A stretch of DNA of 64,000 nucleotides from Lama guanicoe (taxonomy: Eukaryota). The stretch lies in contig MU054187.1 in NCBI GenBank assembly GCA_013239625.1, positions 10,127,231 through 10,191,230 of the forward strand. The letters run 5' to 3'. The position numbers and the translations under genes are program-made. How positions within the stretch are numbered: position 1 is the stretch's first letter; each line of letters starts with the position of its first letter. The notes under the pieces are model-generated. The model was not told where the DNA came from. It made no database searches and worked only from the letters and a program-made list of their open reading frames with translations. This document shows, piece by piece, positions 54,951-64,000 of the stretch.

Positions 54951-55079
54951 TTAGTCATTTATCTGATAACCTCTGAGATGGCAACTATATCAAATACATT
55001 TGATATATTTTTTTACATTGTTAAAAGAAATCTTTTTTTCTTATAACTTAAAAATACTACCATAATTAGTGTCAGTTAT

Positions 55080-55625
55080 TGCTATGGTTTAAATATTTGT
55101 GTCTGTCCCAAATTCATACGTTGAAATCCTAATGCTCAGTGTGATAGTGTTGGGAGGTGGGGCCTTTGGGAGGTAATTAGGTCATGAGGGTGGAGCCCTC
55201 ATGAATGGGATTAGTGACCTTATAAAAGTGAGAACACAATGAGAAGGCTTTACTTGTGAACCAGGAAGCCCTTACTAAATGCTGAATCTGCTGGCACTGT
55301 GATCATGGAATTCTTAGCCTTCAGAACTGTGAGAAATAAATACTTTTTATAAGCCACTCAGTCTCTGGTATAGTTGACCCTTGAGCACCTTGGCTTTTGA
55401 ACTGCATGGGTTCATGTATCTGTGGAGTTTTTCAAACATAAGTGCTGCGGTATTGCATGATCCTGGTTGGTTGAATCCTTCCTCTAATCTGGAGGAACCA
55501 CAGATACAGAGGACAGACTATCAATTATACTTGGACTTTGAGCTGTGGGGGGTCGGCACCCCTAACCCCCAAGTTGTTTAAGGGTCAATTGTATTTTATT
55601 ATAGAAGCTTGAATAGACTAAGATA
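55080..55625 (+). mobile_element. MaLR solo LTR (MLT1A0/MST-like), interrupted by a Tigger element
   Basis: tgctatggtttaaat...ggaggtggggcctttgggaggtaattaggtcatgagggtggagccctcatgaatgggattag; the LTR 3' end resumes after 55593. Confidence 0.85.
55371..55591. mobile_element. Tigger2a-like TcMar non-autonomous element
   Basis: TIRs (t)agttgacccttga / ttaagggtcaattg with TA duplications at 55369-55370 and 55592-55593. Confidence 0.85.
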
Positions 55626-56049
55626 ATTATTTGGGGGGCACCCAGTAACTTCTCCTGGACTGCTAGGTTTCTACAGTTCACTAGGATTTTGTGTGGTTTG
55701 GGAAATTCTGTCCCAGAAGACAGTGTAAAGGCAAGGTTGCTTCCTGTGTGTTTCTTGTCATTATTCAGCACATCACAGCTTTTCAAACAATTATAAAAAA
55801 TGGTAGATAAAGAGAATACCATTGTTTTCCTATTTCTGCATGCAGGAATGGCATTCAAAAGAGACTTTTAGTAATAGAAAAGTTACTTCAAAAGGAGTTT
55901 CGATTAAAAATAAGCAGATAGATTGAAAGAGAATTGGGAATATGAAAACAAGGAAAATACATAACAACATTAGTGACCCAGAAGGAACATGGTAATACTC
56001 TGATGCTTATGAGATGTTAAAAACAGTAACAAGGACTGCAAAATTCAGA

Positions 56050-56643
56050 GTGATAAGTTATGCAGGAAATTTATGAAAATAAAAATTTACATGACTTGTG
56101 AAATGCAAATGATACAGCTGGAGGAAAATTATCAGAGATGCAGTTTGTTTCTGGCGAACTCAGAAATCCAATAATGCTGAAGAGCCAACAGCATCATGAA
56201 ACAAGAATTAGTAGATAAGAGCTTTCAAATCCTTCCTCGTATGCCCAGTGTAAGACTAAGGGTCTCCTAAAGATTGAGCAGCAGGGGAGAGTTACCTGCT
56301 GAAACAGGCACAATGAAATTACTGGACTTAAAAATCAGTTACCAAATGAAAAATCAGTAGCTAAGTGTCCCAGGAGCCGAGGGAGTAATTCTACCATGTC
56401 CATCATGACTTTCTTCAAAAATATCATTTTTATATGCTACTTCAGTGATTTTTGAATATGAGCTATTTGTAAAAGGGTTTTAAACTTTACTTTAAACATT
56501 ATTTTCAAAAACTTCAACAAAGATATTTGTTCATGATGTTGGAATAGATGTTATAAAAAATGAAGATATTGTCATTCACATGCAAATTCTTACATAGTTA
56601 CCCAGGAGAATGATCAGAGAAATAAAACAATGTATCATTTTGT

Positions 56644-56681
<38 letters not shown>

Positions 56682-57290
56682 CAATACCAAACATTATTTA
56701 ATCTGTGGTTACAAAAAGCTCATTTTTAGAAGCATTTGGGTGTGTCTCGCATAAGGAACATGAAATATAAAACAGGAAGATGAAGTGAGTTTTGCATGTA
56801 ATCAGTATCTGGATTAGGAAAAACTGGATTTAAAAGTGATTTTACAAAAGATAAAATAGCTCTTTTTAGTGGCATATTAGCTGGAAATTATGTGTTTGAA
56901 TCATGAGGGATGGAAATGAAAGCTTTTTGTATTTTCTTTAAGTCTCAGAAACATACGGATTTGCAATTTGCCCTTGTAATTGTCTATCTTGGAGAGAATG
57001 AAGTTTGCAAAAACCATGTTTAGGTTGACCAGTTAGAGCAGCACCAAAAGGAACTGACAATAAGGATTCTTCAGCTAATTAATATTACGAGATGGAGATA
57101 ATAGCCTATGAATATTTCTGATAATTATCTTATTCTAATAAGGCCAAAATAGTATGGACGGTAATTGAATATGAACAGGTGGAATGGTAGCAATAATAGA
57201 AACAAAAAGAAAAATTAAACTGAATATCAGAAAAAGCTTATGAGAGTGTAAAATTCTTGGCCGAGGTAGTAGATGTGGACTGGGAAGTAA
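56050..57290 (+). mobile_element. Possible very old L3/CR1 remnants (discontinuous)
   Basis: gcaaatgatacagctggagga resembles the CR1 RT ADDTKLGG region; aaactgaatatcagaaaaagctta resembles the CR1 3' end. Heavily degraded. Confidence 0.3.
56646..56679 (+). repeat. (AC)17 microsatellite
   Basis: Uninterrupted AC run in the CPA6 intron. Confidence 0.95.
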
Positions 57291-57932
57291 CATGTCTATG
57301 AGAGACTCTGTTGGTCAGGGTTTTATGAAAGGGCACAGTATCTACTGTGGCTCCTTCAAGCAAAGGGGACTTTTAGAAAGATGTTAAACGTCTTTCAGGG
57401 CCATTGGGAAAGAAACCCTAGTTTGAGCCTTCTTGGATGACCTCAAGAGGCATGACACAATTACCAGGAGGGCACCTGCTTCTAAGATGATGAAGCAGCA
57501 CATTTAGAGGAGAGCAGAGGTGGAGAAGCTGCCTCAGATAAACCACCCAGCTCCACAAAGGTGCTGGACAGCTGGGATGGTAGAAGCCACAGAGAAATGA
57601 CCTCTGTCTCTCCTCCACATTCTAAATTGCACACGAGGACACCAAAATGGCAGGACTTAGATCACACTCAGTCCCTATTTGTAAGGGGTTCTAGGACATA
57701 CAGTCTTTATCTTTCGGGCCTCAGCCATACAGGAAGGCACACTAGAAAGAGGCTGGAATGCATGGCATGCCTGTTCGTGACACACACACCACAGACCTCA
57801 CCGCAAGAGAAACTGAAAAAGAAAACCCTACAGTAACAACACAACTAGATAGTTCCTAAGTTTCAGCATTCCTCGTCAGCTCTCCCCAAACAGTGAAAGG
57901 ACTATTGTACAAGGATTTAAAAGGCAACATTT

Positions 57933-58026
57933 CTGTGGGGGCAGGGGTAATAGCTCAGGGGTAGAGCGATGCTTAGCATGCACGAGATCCTGAGTTCAAT
58001 CCCCGGTACCTCCATTAAAAAAAAAA
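57933..58026 (+). mobile_element. Vic-1-like SINE, short type
   Basis: tagctcaggggtagagcgatgcttagcatgcacgagatcctgagttcaatccccggtacctccatt + poly(A); TSD aaaaggcaacattt / aaaagacaacattt (1 mismatch). Confidence 0.9.
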
Positions 58027-58999
58027 AAAGACAACATTTGAATTAAGAATAAGAAATACTTTAAAGCTATATACTTCTGTTTTCAAACCTTTAGTTTGAA
58101 GCTGAGAGTATTGCTCTTGTGGCATTACTTGAGGAGGCAGCTGATAAGAAGGTTACCCGGCATTGGTAGGTTCTGTATGATCAGGTTCAGGTAGGATTCA
58201 GGTAGGATTGTTTTAGACAATTGGGTGATGATAGAAATCTTAAAACCATCACCAACAAGTCAGGCCAACACTAATTCTAATCGTGTTAATGTCTAAAATG
58301 ACAGCTGGGGTTTTCTGGCAACATGGCAGAATTGTAGCAGATACTATGATTAAAAACCCCTGCTCTGAGCACCTCTAAATGTTGAGTAATTCAATTTAAA
58401 TACACAGGAGCATTCTCAGAAATGTTCCCGAGGGATCAGACACAAAGAGGGAGCAAATGAGCAGGGCTGAGGCAAAAGCTCTGGCCATTCTTGCGGGGTT
58501 TGCTGATCTCGCAGGCTTGTGCGGTGATGCGGTGGAGGCAGGGGATGGAGGTTTGGGTCCTCAATATGCAGGAAAGGGGAGGAGATCCGGGCATACATCT
58601 GGGATCCTCAAGGGTGACACTTGCCATGAAAGTGGGAGCTATAAAAAAAAAATCTGCTTTCATGGGAGGACCTCGAGCTCTGGCTGGGAGGAAAGAAGTC
58701 TTTTTGGAGAATTCATAGTCACATTCGTGATGTCATGTGTAAATTCAAACCACCTGCGTAGTCTGAGGTGCCTCAAGATCAGAAATAGCACCTGGGGAGT
58801 CTTTCTCTCCCTCTTATCAAGCATTCTCAATCTTTCTTTCTCTTGTCTGTGTTTCATAATTTTGGATAAAACTGTGCCAGTTCTATTATCCTTCTGATAC
58901 CTAAACTACTTTGCAGCCACACCTTTTTCAACACCTTGACAACGTGAAGTGACCACTGATGGCCAGCTCATCCCTAAGGGTCAGAGTAACAGCTGGAAT

Positions 59000-59200
59000 C
59001 AGGGGCACCAGAGTTGGTCAGACTTGACTTCTCATTCTGGCTCAGTTTGTGTGTAATCTGGAGCAAGTCTCCTCATTTCTCTGAACCTTAGTTTCTTCAT
59101 CAGTTAAAGAGGGATAATAATAGCATAGACCAATGAGAAATTCATCTTGCGCGCTTAGCACATACTTGGTACACAGTGAATCCTTAACGGATGTTAGCCA
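59000..59200 (+). mobile_element. MIR SINE
   Basis: gtcagacttg...gcaagtctcctcatttctctgaaccttagtttcttcatc...gggataataatag...cttagcacatacttggtacacagt. Confidence 0.75.
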
Positions 59201-60454
59201 CATATCAATGCCAGCGAGCAAACCATGTGTGATCTAAATTTCTAAATCTCCAAGATTGTGTCCTTTACTCCCTTCATAAAAAGCACAACTAAGCATAGGA
59301 ATTTAACTCATTGATTCTCTAATTTCAAGTTTCTCTACTGACTTCCACAGATTATTTTAGGTGATTAATACCTCTTTTTACACTAAACTCATTGCAAAGC
59401 AAACAGGATAAGCCAACAGATTTCCCCTTTTATTTTTCTAGAATCCCAAATAATTCCTTGGGAGTAAGGTCATTAAATCATTCAGGACATTGCTATATAA
59501 CTTACAGCACCTTGAATTGTAGAAGGTGCTCAATACACTTGTTTTGATTTAAAATTGGATTAAAGTATAATATGTTAGAATCACCCTTCACAGGGGTGGC
59601 GGGGATCTTAAGGCTCTAGTCTGACCAGCTATTTGATGTTTAATTCATCACTGTCAGCTCAAAAGTATCCAACTCTTGTCTGTAAATCTCTGATAGTATA
59701 AATTCACTTGCTTTCCTGTTGTGTGTTCCATGCCTCTGGAAATTTGATGTGGAATAGTTCTCTTCCCGAGCTGACCTGGAGGCCAGACTTAGCGCTCCCT
59801 GACATCCCCATATAGCAGATCCAATTCCCCAAAACCTTAGGAAGTGAAGTAGATTGTCCTGAATGTGAACAGTGGTAGTTTGTTATGAAACACATACTGA
59901 AGAGAATTTATATACGTCACAGTAACATTTAATTAAAATCCTCATTAGACATCTTTGAGTTCCAGACCCCTTTCTAGATATTCAAGCAACATCACTTCTC
60001 TTTTAACCCCTCATCTCCTCTTGCCCACAATTTTCTGAAATTCCCTATATTTTTATAGCAATTCAGGCCAGGTTCTCAGCTAGAATAACTCCCAAAAAAC
60101 TGAAGCCCTTCAGCTGAGGAACTCATTCTCTTAAAAAGCAGACCAGTGACCATCTACTGTTCTTTTATAGGCATTGGCTGAAGACAACCACTAGGTAATA
60201 GTTTCCTTTTCATCTTAGTTGATCTATCAAAATATTTGCCCAACTAAAACAGAGCCCTCTTATTTTGATAGAGTTTTGGGGGTTGTTGGCAGGAGAAGGG
60301 CATATGTGGAGGGAGCGTATGTGATTGGGCTCCTAAAAAATTCGGTTTTCTCTGTATTACATGTAATTTACAATATTAGGTAACTGAGTATTCTAAAAAG
60401 AGTAGTTATATTTTAGTAAGTGCCTAACTTGCTCCTAAATGGTAATTAAAATCC

Positions 60455-61378
60455 TTTATAACAGCTTTATTGAGCCATAATTATATGCCATAAAATTCAC
60501 TCTCGAAGTGTACAGTTCACTGAATTTTAGTATAGTCACAATCATCACCACTATCTAATTAAAAAACATTTTCATCTTCCCCAAAGGAAACCCCTTACCC
60601 ATTAGCTGTCACTACCCCATCTCTCTTGCCCTTGGCAACCACTAATAATCTGCCCTTTGTCTCTGGATTTGCCTATTGTGGACATTTTATATAAATGGAA
60701 TCATATAATATTGTTATTTTGTGACTGACTTATTTCTCTTAGCATAGTATTTTCAAGGTTCATCCATGTTGCAGCATTTATCAGCACTTAATTCTTTTTT
60801 ATGGCCAAATAGTATTCTATTGTATGGATATACCGTATTTTGTTTATCCGTTCATCAGTTGATAGCTGCCATTTGGTTTGTTTCTACTTTTTGTCTATTA
60901 TAAATACTGCGGTAAACATCCATGTACAAGTTATTGTATGGACAAATGTCATTTCTTGTAGGTATATGCCTAGGCCATATGGTAACTCTATATTTAACTT
61001 AGGAAAACTGTTTAATAGTTCTTCAAAAGTGGCCACATCATTTTACTTTCTCACCAGCAAGTATGAGTGTTTCAGTTTTTCCACACCCTCACTAACACGT
61101 ACTATTATTGTCTGTCTGTTTTATTATAGTCATCTTAGTGGGTGTGAAGTGGTACCTTAATGTGCATTTTCCTGATGGCCAATGATGTTGAGCATCTTTT
61201 TATGTGCTTATTCTCATTTATATATCTTCTTTGGAGAAATATCTGTTCAAATCATTTGTGCATTTAAAATTGGGTTGCCTTTTTGTTGTTGAGTTGTAAG
61301 AGTTCTTTAAATATTCTGAATACAATTCCTTACCAGATATGATCTGCAAACATGTTCTCATATCTGTTGGTTGTCCTA
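60455..61378 (-). mobile_element. L1MB-type 3' end (about 920 bp)
   Basis: acagctttattgag...ggcaaccactaat...tcaaggttcatccatgttgcagca; ORF 61218..61400 ends DLNRYFSKEDI (ORF2). Confidence 0.88.
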
Positions 61379-61889
61379 ATAGTAATTTATGTTCAGGCAA
61401 CTCTTGAATTATTCACGGATTAAAGCTTAGTGTGGATATCATCCAAACCCTTTGCCTTTCTCCTGGATTTATTCCAATTTGGAAAAATCCGTGCTCACAG
61501 TGTTCTCTAAAAAGAGGGCACAGAGGAAAGAAAAAACAACACAGTGTCTAGCAGAAAGCATGTGCTCAATTAATTTTGGCAAATGAATGAATGAAATTTG
61601 TATATTTATTCTTGGTTCCTACCACTACTGACTTGTTGAGTCCCTCTGCTGGGCTTGCGGAGTACTGATACTTCTTTCATGGCCTGAAGGCCCCGGGGGA
61701 GCTAATGAGGTATTGCAAGGTATCCCTGTGTCCATGTGTGTGCTCTAAGCTATCTGTCTCCTCCAAGTTGAATGTGCTCAAGATTCACACTGTCATATGC
61801 GAGGCTACAGAGTTTTCATGATAAAGAGCAGTTTCATGTTCAACTCTTTAAGTTGGAGACTTGATCATTTTAGAGAAAGAAATATTTGT

Positions 61890-62005
61890 GGTAGCTCACA
61901 GAGAAAAAAATGTGACAATGAATATACATATGTTCATGTATAACTGAAAAATTGTGCTCTACACCGGAATTTCACACAACATTGTAAAATGACTATAACT
62001 CAATA
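61890..62005 (+). mobile_element. Short lineage-specific L1 3' end lacking a poly(A) tail
   Basis: Reverse-complement match to 26510-26635; 18-bp TSD agagaaagaaa(t/c)atttgt at 61872-61889 and 62006-62023. Confidence 0.85.
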
Positions 62006-63565
62006 AGAGAAAGAAACATTTGTTTTTGTCAGTTCAGTGTTGACTCAATAGTGTTTTCAGTGGTCCTGGGCTTTTCTGTATCAATTATATATACTGTGGG
62101 TTTTAGTTGGACATTCACTTAGGGATTTCATTTCCTTCAATGCCCTTGACCTAAGAGTGGTTCCTTCCCTCCGTGAGAGTCACTGTCCCTTTGGCCAGGC
62201 ATACAGCTGTGGGGAGATGGGTCTGAAACTGGGAGGAAGCCACATCTGTCTGCCTGTCAGACCAGCCAAGTCCACTCAGGAGACCTTGCATTGGAGATGG
62301 GCTCAGTGGGGCCGTCTGCATTTCTACCTCATTTACAACGGTCCATTGAGGTCATTTTGCAACTGACAACGACGAAGTCCCTTGTACGTATTGAGCGTTG
62401 ACTCACAGGAGGAATCAGAAACGATTCAAAAATGGGTAGACTCAAAGGACTTCTGATTGGGACTTCACTTCGGAACTAAGAAATCAAAGAAAGCATATGC
62501 GTGAGGGAAGCAGGGGAAAGGAAGAGGAGCAGAGGGAAGCTAGACACCTACTTGTAACTGGTTACAGACAGGAATCTAATCTGACGCAGGCTGAGCTGGC
62601 TGGCCTGAGCATGTGACTCAGCTCAGTTACCCCTTTGGTGGAGTCTCTCAGGTGATCGAGGGCGTCATGCCTATGACACACGTGTGGACACGGGTGCCTG
62701 CCAGCTAGTGGAAGGGGACACATAGTTGTGAGCATGCAAAGTGGGTCTATCCTAGAGATGGAAAAAGGAGGTTTAAAAAAATTACTGGTCTCAGGGAGTT
62801 AAGGTGAACAAGTTTGTTGTCTCAGTCCAGGCTGAAGGAAAAAAATATCTAAACAGCCACAAATCCTACCACTTTATAGTATTTATGCAGTGCTTTCTCT
62901 TTTCCCATAAGTACACTTTACAGCTGGCCTCATGGCTCATCATTACAACACTCTGCTAAAGGGAAGAGGCAGTTTTAGGAACGATTGACCTGAGGCTCAG
63001 GGATGAATTGACTGTTCCAGAGGGTGAGCAGGAAGGGTTGGGTCATTGAGATTTGGACCCCTGTTTGGAGCTGGGACTGAATCAGGCATTCAACGTATGT
63101 AAAATTCTTTAATTCCTGTACGAACTCTATGAGGTGGGTACTATTATTGTAGTTTGGTAAATTGAAGAAAATCATCCAAATCACTGAGCTAGTGCTGGTA
63201 ACTCCAACCATAACTGCCATCTTCTAGAATCACATTCTTCCTGCTCTACCATATTCTGATCTGTCAGTTCTAACTGATTAAGGAGGGTGCCCGAAGGACT
63301 ATGTGGAAGGAGTCTCAGCCTGTGCCCAGTTGTTCTGTCTGACGCTGGTGGGATGGGAGGAGTGGCCGAGATACAGAACCAGAGCATCACAGAAGGAGGG
63401 GTTTTGTGACGGTCCTCACTTCTAAGAGACCAACAGAAGACTATCTATTACACAGTGGCCTGTATTTTGAGGGAACTAAGGAAGGACTCTGAGAAAGGGC
63501 CGCTCCTAACAACTGCATTTAGGCAACACTTCTCCCCTCTCTGCCATTGCCAAGTATGATACTAG

Positions 63566-64000
63566 CAAAGAAAACCAGAAGATGTCACCTCCAAATATGC
63601 CTCTTTGACATAAAAATTATTTTGAGCTGAAGGCAGTTAAGCAGCAGCAAGTGCAGGAAAAGCTCTCTCTCTGCTGTCCCCTTTCCTGCCTAAAGACAGG
63701 ACATAAATCCTCCTCTTGCTGGAGACAGACTCTTAGCCCAGAGACAGCACCAGAGGAATCTGCAAACAAACCTTCTTCGTTAGTTTCCTCCCGTATATTT
63801 ACCTTCCCACCGGGTGCCGCCCTTGGAAGCCTAAAACTGCTTCCCTTTGTTCTGTCATTTTCTCTACAGATTTATTGCTCTTTGCTGCAGACGCTGTATA
63901 GCTGGAGTTCTAAGTTGCCACTTTGAGTTACTTTTCATGAGGTTTCTCTCATGTGACATGCGCTGCAGACATTAATAAGCTGTTTTTCTCTTGTTAATCT
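63566..64000 (+). mobile_element. ERV1 LTR (MER34-family-like), running off the window end
   Basis: aaaccagaagatgtcacctccaaatatgcctctttgacataaaaattattttgagctgaaggca...cctgcctaaag; LTR-type 3' region tgtttttctcttgttaatct. Confidence 0.8.

Noticed and set aside
57940..58015. tRNA-Ala(AGC)-like genes (also at 4208, 15305, 49651)
   Set aside because: Poly(A) tails, TSDs and disrupted stems show these are tRNA-derived SINEs, not tRNA genes.
58457..58897. 146-aa Gly-rich ORF
   Set aside because: No recognisable domain or splice context; it follows ttctggcaacatggcaga, which resembles a decayed L1 5' end.

Overview
Mammalian, repeat-rich genomic DNA, most likely camelid: it carries tRNA-Ala-derived Vic-1-type SINEs and I saw no Alu, B1, PRE-1, BovB or Bov-tA. 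The only protein-coding gene I can support is the 3' end of CPA6 (carboxypeptidase A6) on the minus strand. Its last three coding exons are at 39539-39741, 35854-35938 and 32512-32699, with canonical GT-AG junctions, matching phases and intact catalytic residues, followed by a short 3' UTR with two AATAAA signals. About 39.7-64 kb is the long upstream intron, and 1-32 kb is intergenic (towards ARFGEF1 if mammalian synteny holds). The rest is L1, L2, MIR, MaLR/ERV LTRs, DNA-transposon fossils and microsatellites; nearly all listed ORFs are spurious or repeat-derived. I found no convincing new biological system. The best leads are: (1) an orphan CpG island at about 16.6-17.0 kb with a complete set of plus-strand splice signals, suggesting an unannotated transcript convergent with CPA6; (2) an ancient L1MB-type fragment with a fresh poly(A) tail and a perfect TSD inserted inside a much younger L1; (3) a CAG-AAG-AAG tandem acceptor at CPA6 exon 9. 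Repeat family names come from recalled consensus sequences, not from a database search.
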